Shown here: in pieces, positions 10,402-17,433 of the stretch
Numbering within the stretch: position 1 is the first letter of the stretch
Layout: every line of letters begins with the position of its first letter
Origin: Xylanibacter ruminicola 23
GTDB lineage: Bacteria; Bacteroidota; Bacteroidia; Bacteroidales; Bacteroidaceae
Length of the DNA: 32,000 nucleotides
Assembly (NCBI RefSeq): GCF_000025925.1
Contig: NC_014033.1
Span: 480,001 to 512,000, forward strand
Reading direction: 5' to 3'
Position numbers and translations under genes: made by a program
Notes under the pieces: generated by a model
Database searches by the model: none
What the model saw: only the letters and a program-made list of their open reading frames with translations
What the model was told of the DNA's origin: nothing

Positions 10402-10934
10402 TTATCGTAATTACACGCCCTGATTTCTTCGAGGGCGAAGCCGCTAAGATTGCCCAGCTGCTGCAAAGCGGCAGGGCCGATCTGGTACATATACGTAAAC
10501 CTAGAGCCAGCCAGAGCGAGGTAGAGCAGCTATTATTTTCCATTCCCACAGAGCTCTACTCGCGTCTGGTATTACACGATCATCACTCGCTGGCCATCAA
10601 GTATGGCTTGCGAGGGGTGCATCTTAACAGTCGTAACCCCGAGCCGCCAGCAGGGTGGAGTGGGGCAGTAAGCATCTCGTGCCACACCCTGAGCGAGCTG
10701 TCGGAGTGCCGCCGAAAGCCTTATGCCTACATGAGTCTGAGTCCTATCTTCGACAGTATCTCAAAGCGCGGCTATCGTTCAGCATTTTCTGCCGACGATA
10801 TTGCTGCAGCCCGCAGTCAGGGACTTATCGATGAACGGGTGATGGCACTGGGCGGCATTACATTCGATAAAATAACTGAAATTAAAGAAATGGGCTTTGG
10901 AGGAGCCATGATCCTCGGCGACGCATGGAGGTAG
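10398..10934 (+). CDS. Short ThiE/TenI-family protein (second thiamine-phosphate synthase paralog or thiazole tautomerase-like)
   Basis: About 178 aa. HIRKP, GVHLN and ALGGITFDKI motifs resemble ThiE/TenI. ATGA overlap with the thiH stop. The track start at 10392 is a GTG. Confidence 0.65.
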   Translation: MIIVITRPDFFEGEAAKIAQLLQSGRADLVHIRKPRASQSEVEQLLFSIPTELYSRLVLHDHHSLAIKYGLRGVHLNSRNPEPPAGWSGAVSISCHTLSELSECRRKPYAYMSLSPIFDSISKRGYRSAFSADDIAAARSQGLIDERVMALGGITFDKITEIKEMGFGGAMILGDAWR

Positions 10935-11722
10935 TATTATCAATAGCCGGTAGCGACCCATCGGCAGGTGCCGGCATTCAGCAGGACCTGAAAACCATTA
11001 CAGCCCATGGTTGTTATGGGGCTACGGTGATTACATCTGTCACCGCACAAAACACGTTAGGTGTACAGGCAGCCATGCCTGTGCCACCCGAAGTGGTAGG
11101 CCAGCAGCTGCGGGCTGTACTTTCCGATCTGGAGCCTAAGGCCATCAAGATTGGTATGTTGCCTGATGCCGAGGTGGCTCAGGTGGTAGCCGACGAACTG
11201 CGCACCTATCTGGCTCAGCACCCCGTGCCGGTGGTTTACGATCCCGTGATGGTATCCACCAGCGGTTATCCGCTGATGGCATCCGAAGCCATACAGGTGG
11301 TGGTCAGCAAGCTGTTCCCGCTCTGCACACTCATCACGCCCAACCTGCCCGAAACTAACCGCCTGCTGCAACTCATCGAAAAGCCCGTCTCCTCGTCGTT
11401 TGTACAGGTGGCTGGCGAAACCCTGGCGCGGCATTTCGGTTGCGCTTTTCTGCTCAAGGGTGGGCATGCCGATAAGCCGCAGATGATAGATTTGCTGTTC
11501 GAACCCGATGGCAGCCTAAGCACGTTTGCCACCGAGCGTATTGCTACCAGCAATCTGCACGGTACAGGCTGCACGCTCTCGTCGGCCATTGCATCCAACT
11601 TAGCCTTAGGTCACCCGCTACCCGAGGCGGTGGGTAAAGCCAAGCAGTTTATTACCGAGGCTATCCGCAAGTCGGCAGCTATCCGTATCGGGCATGGTAA
11701 CGGTCCGCTACAGATGCCGTAA
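10925..11722 (+). CDS. thiD: Hydroxymethylpyrimidine / phosphomethylpyrimidine kinase
   Basis: LSIAGSDPSAGAGIQQDLKT N-terminus, KIGML, LLKGGH and HGTGCTLSSAIA motifs. 10-nt overlap with the preceding gene. Confidence 0.9.
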   Translation: MEVVLSIAGSDPSAGAGIQQDLKTITAHGCYGATVITSVTAQNTLGVQAAMPVPPEVVGQQLRAVLSDLEPKAIKIGMLPDAEVAQVVADELRTYLAQHPVPVVYDPVMVSTSGYPLMASEAIQVVVSKLFPLCTLITPNLPETNRLLQLIEKPVSSSFVQVAGETLARHFGCAFLLKGGHADKPQMIDLLFEPDGSLSTFATERIATSNLHGTGCTLSSAIASNLALGHPLPEAVGKAKQFITEAIRKSAAIRIGHGNGPLQMP

Positions 11723-11740
11723 CTTTCAGAACATCAAAAA

Positions 11741-11771
11741 AGGACACCCTCCGTTACCGGATGGATGTCCT
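11741..11771. terminator. Hairpin between convergent thiD and the 120-aa gene (candidate bidirectional terminator)
   Basis: aggacaccctccg tta ccggatggatgtcct, with one mismatch/bulge, preceded by an A-run on the + strand. Weak T-tract. Confidence 0.45.
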
Positions 11772-11808
11772 ACTATCCCATGGATTAGAATTATATAAAT
11801 CTCTCTTT

Positions 11809-12171
11809 TTACTTGTTCAGACCGCGGTTGTTGAGTGTGATGTTCAACAACATGAGGTACTTCTTCATCTGCTCGGCGTTCAGAACGCGTCTCATGCGCT
11901 TAACATCAGTGTTAATGGCGTCCTTAACCATAGCCTCGCGATCAGCATTACCATACTGTGCAGCATAAGTCATCTCAGTGCTGAACACGTGGTGAATGTT
12001 CTCAACGGCAGCCTTCTGCTCGTCGGCCAGCTTCAGAGCGTCAGAGAGCTTGTTGATATTGATATCCATCTTGTAAGCCTCTACGTTTGCTACAGCGTTA
12101 GTGTTCTCACCCTCGGCAAATGCGGTTGTCATACTCAGCATTGCAACTAATGTCAAAATCATCTTTTTCAT
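11809..12171 (-). CDS. Small secreted all-helical protein of unknown function (possible Spy/CpxP-like periplasmic protein)
   Basis: Signal peptide MKKMILTLVAMLSMTTAFA, and two L-x-x-E-Q motifs (LADEQ, LNAEQ) reminiscent of LTxxQ. The overlapping + strand ORF 11761..12150 has no such features. Confidence 0.6.
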   Translation of the reverse strand: MKKMILTLVAMLSMTTAFAEGENTNAVANVEAYKMDININKLSDALKLADEQKAAVENIHHVFSTEMTYAAQYGNADREAMVKDAINTDVKRMRRVLNAEQMKKYLMLLNITLNNRGLNK

Positions 12172-12272
12172 CTTTTTACCCTTTCTTAATTTTACTCAGT
12201 CGGCCTTTCACGGTCGGCCTACTTTAAACATTTTTGTTATCCTTTGTTTCTTTTTGACGGTGCAAAGGTACG

Positions 12273-12280
12273 GCGACTTT
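12273..12280 (-). promoter_or_regulatory. Bacteroidetes -7 promoter box TACCTTTG for the 120-aa gene
   Basis: caaaggta on the + strand, about 100 nt upstream of the ATG at 12171. Confidence 0.45.
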
Positions 12281-12372
12281 TTGAATTAAACAAGCATTTA
12301 TATTTAATTGTGTGCGAACACAGCGCTTTTATTGATACAAATCATGTTATTGATTCAGGTCAACGATAGATA

Positions 12373-12403
12373 CAAAAAGTCCGCCTACGAATGCAGACGG
12401 ACT
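12373..12403 (-). terminator. Rho-independent terminator after the carboxylesterase gene
   Basis: The minus strand reads agtccgtctgcattcgtaggcggact followed by TTTTTG. Confidence 0.6.
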
Positions 12404-12427
12404 CTCTGTTTGTTAATACTTAATACT

Positions 12428-13966
12428 TTATTTAGCAGTTGCAGATGGTCGTGCAGGCATAGGACCGAAGCTGAATGCGGGCAGCTTCGACTTCTCGGGC
12501 TGGCCTAAGAACGAAGCCTCGGCATCCTTCTCGTCCAACTTGAATACCATAAACTTGGTGCTCTTGGCGGTGCAAGGAGTCCAGGCACCACCCTTAGGAC
12601 CGTTAGGATCGCTGTACTTTACAAAGTTGGTCCAGGCAGTAAGCATCTTCTCGCTCAGATCCCAGTCGCCCTTGGTCCAGGGGCGCCAGCAGTGCTTCAA
12701 GCTCTTGAATACAAACCACAGGTCGCTTGAGTGGAAAGCACCCTTCAGGCGCTGGGTTACTTCGGGATGACTGCCATCATCGGGCAATGGACGTGCAAAC
12801 TGGTAGGCCCAAGCCTTACCGCCCTTCTGCTCGCGAACCTTACAGAACTCGGCAATGTTGGGTGCCATGTTACCCATATCATCCAGTGTAAAGCCAATCA
12901 TATAAGGTACGTCGGCCAGTGTGCCCTGGCGGGTGGCATCGTCAAAGCTCTTCTCGCTTACGTAACCGTCGATCATAGGCATGAATGGCAGTCCGCGCAT
13001 AAATGGGAAACCGCCAGCCTGCTGCTGTCCGTCGTTGTTCACCTGATAGTAGAGTGTAGGCAGTGCAAAGATGGTCTCGGTGCTGGCGGCGCGCATCTTC
13101 TTCAGGTCGGTCAGTCCTGCCCAGTCGAACACCTTCTTAGCGTTAGCCTCGGCCTCCTGTACGGTACCGCCACTGTAGCGGCCACCCATCATGTTACCGT
13201 TGGCATCGGGAATGCTCAGTCCCTGGGCACTCATAATCACAGCCTTGTGGAACAAGCCGCGGGCCAGGGGACTCTCGCACAGCGTACGTACGCTACCACC
13301 ACCGGCGCTCTGTCCGAAGATAGTTACGTTATTGGGGTCGCCACCAAACTGGGCGATATTTTTCTTAATCCACTTCAGGGCCTCAATCTGGTCAAGGATG
13401 CCATAGTTGCCCGATACGTGGTTGGGGCTCTCGGCTGCCAGTGCAGGGTGGGTGAGGAATCCGAATACACCCAGACGGTAGTTGATGGATACCAGCACTA
13501 CATCCTTGGCACCCCATTCCTGTCCGTCGAACTCAGGCTCCGAACCGAAACCTTCGCGATAGCCACCACCGTGAATCCACAGGGCTACGGGCAGCTTCTT
13601 GTTCACATCACCAGGGGCCTTGGTCCATACGTTCAGGTACAGGCAGTCCTCGCTAAAGGCAGCCTCCTTACCATAACCCCACTCGGTGTAGTAGCCACCG
13701 GTATACTGGATGGCCTGATAGCTGGGGCGACCGAAGGTATCACAAACCTTAACACCCTTCCAGGGAACGATGGGCTGTGGTGCTTTCCAACGGTTCTCCT
13801 TGATAGGAGGTGCAGCATAAGGAATGCCACGATACACAAAAACTTCGGGATGATCGTCGGCCAGGATGCCTTGCACCTTGCCACCTTCGATTGTTAGAAC
13901 TGGGTTTTCTGCAGCACCTGCAGACGCTGCTACTAAGAGCAGGAGAGACATGAATAGTTTTCTCAT
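12428..13966 (-). CDS. Secreted type-B carboxylesterase/lipase family protein
   Basis: Signal peptide MRKLFMSLLLLVAASAGA. EDCLYLNVW, WIHGGGY and the nucleophile elbow FGQSAGG are hallmarks of the carboxylesterase type B family. Confidence 0.88.
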   Translation of the reverse strand: MRKLFMSLLLLVAASAGAAENPVLTIEGGKVQGILADDHPEVFVYRGIPYAAPPIKENRWKAPQPIVPWKGVKVCDTFGRPSYQAIQYTGGYYTEWGYGKEAAFSEDCLYLNVWTKAPGDVNKKLPVALWIHGGGYREGFGSEPEFDGQEWGAKDVVLVSINYRLGVFGFLTHPALAAESPNHVSGNYGILDQIEALKWIKKNIAQFGGDPNNVTIFGQSAGGGSVRTLCESPLARGLFHKAVIMSAQGLSIPDANGNMMGGRYSGGTVQEAEANAKKVFDWAGLTDLKKMRAASTETIFALPTLYYQVNNDGQQQAGGFPFMRGLPFMPMIDGYVSEKSFDDATRQGTLADVPYMIGFTLDDMGNMAPNIAEFCKVREQKGGKAWAYQFARPLPDDGSHPEVTQRLKGAFHSSDLWFVFKSLKHCWRPWTKGDWDLSEKMLTAWTNFVKYSDPNGPKGGAWTPCTAKSTKFMVFKLDEKDAEASFLGQPEKSKLPAFSFGPMPARPSATAK

Positions 13967-14046
13967 AATTATTGGTTTTGTTGATAATAACTAATGGTTC
14001 CTATTTTATTCAGGTTTATTTATTGACGTAGCGTGCGACAAAAGGT

Positions 14047-14925
14047 TTAAATCGAAAGCAAAGTTTGGCGTGTTTTTTGTCGGCCTATGGCTATCAGCTT
14101 TTCCGATTTGTCGTAGTCGAACCCGCCGTAACGGGCCATCTGTATATCCACCAGCACATCGGGCTTAGTCAATTGGGCCATCAGCAGCGAGTTCTGACGT
14201 ATCATCAGCGAGCTTACACGCGACAGCATGGTGTAATAGTTAAAGTCGAGGTGATCGGGTAGCAGGCGGTTCAGTATCTGTTGCGACAGCGAGTTGCTGC
14301 GTTTGCGCTTCTCGGTTATTTCCTGCTGTATCTCCCACTGCGCTTTGTAGTCGTGACCGCTCACGTCGATGCCTACCAGCAGGTCGCCCTCGTGGCGTTC
14401 CACACGGTTAAGGGGTATGGGGTTGGTAACACCACCATCTATTAGAATCATGCCGTCGCGGCGCACAGGCTCGTAAAAGGTAGGTAGCGAGATGGATGCG
14501 CGGATGGCTTCGAACAAACTGCCTTTGCGAAACACCACTTCCTTACCCGATATCCAGTCGGTAGCCACGGCGCAGTAGGGTATGGGCAACTCCTCAATCG
14601 GCACATCGGGCACAAACTCCATGATGGCCTCGATGATGCGGCTGCCTTTTACCAGGTGGTTCAGACTGAACGAGAAATCGGTCAGCTCGAGCATCTTTTT
14701 GCGGTCGATGGTTTTCATCCACTCTCTGAAGTCCTCCAGCTTGCCTGCCGCATACACACCGCCTATCAGCGCACCCATCGAGCAGCCTGCTATCGAGGTG
14801 ATATGATAGCCCTCGTTAAGCAGTTCTTCGATGGCACCGATATGTGCCAGTCCGCGGGCACCACCACTCGATAGTACCAGAGCCACATCACGCTTTGTGC
14901 TTGTTGCTGTATCCTGTTTGTTCAT
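14047..14925 (-). CDS. Patatin-like phospholipase
   Basis: Oxyanion GGARG (LSSGGARGLAHIG), nucleophile GxSxG (GCSMGA) and catalytic DGG (LIDGGVTNP). I place the start at MNKQDT (14925); the track start at 14970 runs into the promoter region. Confidence 0.85.
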   Translation of the reverse strand: MNKQDTATSTKRDVALVLSSGGARGLAHIGAIEELLNEGYHITSIAGCSMGALIGGVYAAGKLEDFREWMKTIDRKKMLELTDFSFSLNHLVKGSRIIEAIMEFVPDVPIEELPIPYCAVATDWISGKEVVFRKGSLFEAIRASISLPTFYEPVRRDGMILIDGGVTNPIPLNRVERHEGDLLVGIDVSGHDYKAQWEIQQEITEKRKRSNSLSQQILNRLLPDHLDFNYYTMLSRVSSLMIRQNSLLMAQLTKPDVLVDIQMARYGGFDYDKSEKLIAIGRQKTRQTLLSI

Positions 14926-14947
14926 TGCAATCATTCTAATTTCGCGA

Positions 14948-14955
14948 CAAAAATA
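14948..14955 (-). promoter_or_regulatory. Bacteroidetes -7 promoter box TATTTTTG for the patatin gene
   Basis: caaaaata on the + strand, 23 nt upstream of the ATG at 14925. Confidence 0.45.
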
Positions 14956-14965
14956 CAAAAAATTA

Positions 14966-15031
14966 GGCACGAATTACACGAATTTGCGCGAATTTATTAA
15001 TTTTTTCGTGTTAATTCGTGAAATTCGTGCC
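14966..15031. promoter_or_regulatory. 66-nt imperfect palindrome built from three phased CACGAATT(T)-type half-sites per arm
   Basis: Left arm: CACGAATT 14968-75, CACGAATTT 14977-85, CGCGAATTT 14987-95. Right arm: tttttCGTG 15002-10, AATTCGTG 15013-20, AAATTCGTG 15021-29. The outer 10 nt, ggcacgaatt/aattcgtgcc, are perfectly complementary. It lies between two divergent -7 boxes. Confidence 0.7.
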
Positions 15032-15039
15032 AAAACATT

Positions 15040-15047
15040 TATCTTTG
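15040..15047 (+). promoter_or_regulatory. Bacteroidetes -7 promoter box TATCTTTG for the DMT transporter gene
   Basis: Matches TAnnTTTG, 9 nt upstream of the ATG at 15056, implying a very short leader. Confidence 0.45.
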
Positions 15048-15055
15048 CATCCTAT

Positions 15056-15988
15056 ATGACACAACAAAGTATCTTCCAGCGTCCTGTTTGGGCTGCCCTC
15101 ATGGCCTTTACCGCTGCGTTTCTGTGGGGATGGGCTTACCCGTTTATCAAACTGGGCTTTGCCGAGTTCGAGATTACTGCCGACATGACGGGCAGTAAGA
15201 TGCTGTTTGCCGGCATCCGCTTCTGTATCTCGGGACTCATCATCCTTTCGATAGCCCGTTTCACCCATCGCTCGTTCCAGTTCAACGAGGCCGCCAAACC
15301 AAACCTCATCGGTAGTGCTTTGTTTCTGTTGGGTTTCACCTTACTTAATACTACGCTGCATTACGCCGCCTTCTATATCGGCCTGTCGCATAGTCAGGGC
15401 AGTCGTGCCGCCATCCTCAATTCGCTCAGCGTGTTTACGCTGGTGCTGCTGGCCTGTATGTTCTTTAAGAGCGATAAACTTACCACCCGTAAAATCCTGG
15501 GTTGCACCATCGGCTTTGGTGGTATCCTGTCGCTCAACCTGGGGGGCGAGGGTAGTGGCCAGTTCACCCTGCTGGGCGATGGTATGATTATACTCAATGC
15601 CCTGTGCGGTGCCTTTGCGGGACTGATGACACGTGGCGTAAACAAGCGTGTAGATGTGTTTGTGGGAACCGGCTACAGTCTGGGCATCGGTGGTGCCCTG
15701 CTCATCATCCCCGGCTTGCTGCTGGGTGGCACGCTGCCCCATGTAACCCTGCTCGGACTGTTCTATCTGCTCATGCTCATCGGCATCTCAACCATCGGCT
15801 TTGCCCTCTACAACAAGCTGCTTACCTGCAATCCCGTTGGTAAGATAGCCATCTGGAATTCGCTCATCCCTGTGGTAGGTGCCGTTACCTCGTGCCTCTG
15901 TCTGGGCGAGCCCTTCCTGCCTAAGTACATCCTGGCCGCCACCCTCACCACGGCAGGTATATACATTATTAATAAAGGAAAAGTTTAA
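15056..15988 (+). CDS. EamA/DMT-superfamily transporter (10 TM)
   Basis: 310 aa with about ten hydrophobic segments arranged as two EamA-like halves. I place the start at MTQQSIFQRPVWAAL. The track start at 14831 overlaps the patatin gene and the promoter region. Confidence 0.75.
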   Translation: MTQQSIFQRPVWAALMAFTAAFLWGWAYPFIKLGFAEFEITADMTGSKMLFAGIRFCISGLIILSIARFTHRSFQFNEAAKPNLIGSALFLLGFTLLNTTLHYAAFYIGLSHSQGSRAAILNSLSVFTLVLLACMFFKSDKLTTRKILGCTIGFGGILSLNLGGEGSGQFTLLGDGMIILNALCGAFAGLMTRGVNKRVDVFVGTGYSLGIGGALLIIPGLLLGGTLPHVTLLGLFYLLMLIGISTIGFALYNKLLTCNPVGKIAIWNSLIPVVGAVTSCLCLGEPFLPKYILAATLTTAGIYIINKGKV

Positions 15989-16021
15989 AATCGTACAATA
16001 ACAAACAAAACTCATAACCTT

Positions 16022-17164
16022 ATGCCTACAACTCAATATTTACTACTGTTTGCAGTCAACCTGGCGTTTATCCTCACCAACCTGTACGGATGGATTCTTA
16101 AGTGGTACTATCGCCCCAAAGCCTACAATGCGCATTTCCACGAGCTGTTTCCTGCCCAGCGGTCGGTAGGAGTGCTGTACCTGATGCAGATTATGGAGCT
16201 GCCCTACCTGTTGCAGGTGGGCGACGATGATGCACTGCTCTACGTGAATGCCTTTGCCGTGCTGTTTTTTTCGCTGCAGATGCTGGTGATGTGTCACGGC
16301 TATTTCTTTGCGGCACGAAATGCGGCCCGTGCCAGCGTGCTGGATCACAAATGGTACTGGCTGTTTATGCCGGCAGCCCTTGTGCTGGCCCCCCTGTTGC
16401 TACAGGCCCTGGGCATGGTGAAGCTGCCCGATGGTTATCGTCCTTTGGCGTTTGTGGCAGTCAGCGTGGTGTTTGCTGCCTATTTCGCCCTGTCGGTGCA
16501 CATGGCACTCAAGATAGGACAGGCCGTGCGCCGTGCCAACGAGGACACCTATGCCGATAGCGATGATTTCCCCGTGCGTTTTGCCCAGTACGTCCAGTGG
16601 TTGCCCACATTTATCTGTGTGCTGATGGCTATCAACTTCTATGCTGATAATGCTATCGTGAAAGCCGTGCGCGACGTGTTTTTTACGGGTATGAACATCT
16701 GGTTCTGCATCTTTACGCTTAACCCTTGGCGACAGCCCTATGCCGACCGTACCGATGAAATCGTTAAGGCTGCAGCCGATGATATGGCTGAACCAGCACC
16801 TGTGGCAGGCACGTTCCGTTTAACCGACGAGCGCTTTATGCAGTTGAGCCGTAAGTTGGACGACCTGCTCACCAAGGAGCGTATCTTTACCGAGCAGCAC
16901 ATCACCAGCGACTTGCTGACGGCACGTCTGGGCACCAATGCCACCTATCTCTCCGAGGTGATACGCCGCAGCGGTTACCAGTCGTTCTACGATATGATTT
17001 GCCAGCATCGTGTGCGCCATGCCATCAGTTTGATTACTGCCAAGCCCGATGAGCGCCTGCTGGTGATAGCCGAAGAGTGTGGTTTCTCGTCGCCAGCATC
17101 GATGACCAAGGCCTTCAAGCAGTTAGGCAAGCAGTCGCCTTCGGCCTATCGCCAACAAGGGTAG
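16022..17164 (+). CDS. Membrane-anchored AraC/XylS-family transcriptional regulator
   Basis: The N-terminal ~230 aa hold about 6 predicted TM helices. The C-terminal ~100 aa form an AraC-type dual HTH (LGTNATYLSEVIRRSGYQSFYDMICQHRVRHA ... IAEECGFSSPASMTKAFKQLGKQSPSAYR). Confidence 0.8.
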   Translation: MPTTQYLLLFAVNLAFILTNLYGWILKWYYRPKAYNAHFHELFPAQRSVGVLYLMQIMELPYLLQVGDDDALLYVNAFAVLFFSLQMLVMCHGYFFAARNAARASVLDHKWYWLFMPAALVLAPLLLQALGMVKLPDGYRPLAFVAVSVVFAAYFALSVHMALKIGQAVRRANEDTYADSDDFPVRFAQYVQWLPTFICVLMAINFYADNAIVKAVRDVFFTGMNIWFCIFTLNPWRQPYADRTDEIVKAAADDMAEPAPVAGTFRLTDERFMQLSRKLDDLLTKERIFTEQHITSDLLTARLGTNATYLSEVIRRSGYQSFYDMICQHRVRHAISLITAKPDERLLVIAEECGFSSPASMTKAFKQLGKQSPSAYRQQG

Positions 17165-17167
17165 GGG

Positions 17168-17230
17168 GCTTTCCTTTCGGCGTATTTCTTTCCTTTTAGC
17201 GTATTTCTGCTTTCCTCTCAGCATATTTTT
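17168..17230 (+). repeat. Three tandem ~20-22-nt direct repeats (consensus gCTTTCCTyTyrGCrTATTTyT)
   Basis: gctttcctttcggcgtatttct / ttccttttagcgtatttct / gctttcctctcagcatattttt. They end 35 nt upstream of the -7 box at 17265. The third unit can also pair with tgaggggaaa at 17233-17242. Confidence 0.8.
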
Positions 17231-17264
17231 GATGAGGGGAAAGGTGGTTTGCTGCCTGCGGGTG

Positions 17265-17272
17265 TATATTTG
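17265..17272 (+). promoter_or_regulatory. Bacteroidetes -7 promoter box TATATTTG for the micro-ORF/sulfatase/maturase unit
   Basis: Matches TAnnTTTG, 27 nt upstream of the ATG at 17299. Confidence 0.5.
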
Positions 17273-17298
17273 CAACCGCTAACAATAATGATATCTGT

Positions 17299-17430
17299 AT
17301 GAGGGAATTAGAGATTCTGCTTTACGTACTTTTCGGTGTTACCGCCGTTATCGTATTTTACCTTTTATATAAGGTAAACAGTTTTTTCAATCCTAAAGAT
17401 CGCCATGATTTAACCTCTAAAAAACGATAG
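17299..17430 (+). CDS. 43-aa single-TM micro-protein ORF (hypothetical)
   Basis: MRELEILLYVLFGVTAVIVFYLLYKVNSFFNPKDRHDLTSKKR has one 19-aa hydrophobic helix and a basic tail. Its stop (17428-17430) lies 3 nt before the sulfatase ATG. It is below the ORF-track size cutoff. There is no homology evidence. Confidence 0.4.
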   Translation: MRELEILLYVLFGVTAVIVFYLLYKVNSFFNPKDRHDLTSKKR

Positions 17431-17433
17431 ATA

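Noticed and set aside
11761-12150. 129-aa plus-strand ORF overlapping the 120-aa secreted-protein gene
   Set aside because: The minus-strand frame has a textbook signal peptide, a promoter box and sits after a convergent terminator. The plus-strand frame begins inside the thiD terminator hairpin and has no features.
12731-13897. 388-aa ORF on the plus strand inside the carboxylesterase gene
   Set aside because: It is an antisense shadow of a gene with a clear signal peptide and the GQSAGG catalytic motif. It has no recognisable domain.
14831-15055. N-terminal 75-aa extension of the DMT transporter ORF
   Set aside because: It overlaps the patatin coding region and runs through the palindromic promoter region. 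The Met at 15056 follows a -7 box and begins the first TM segment.
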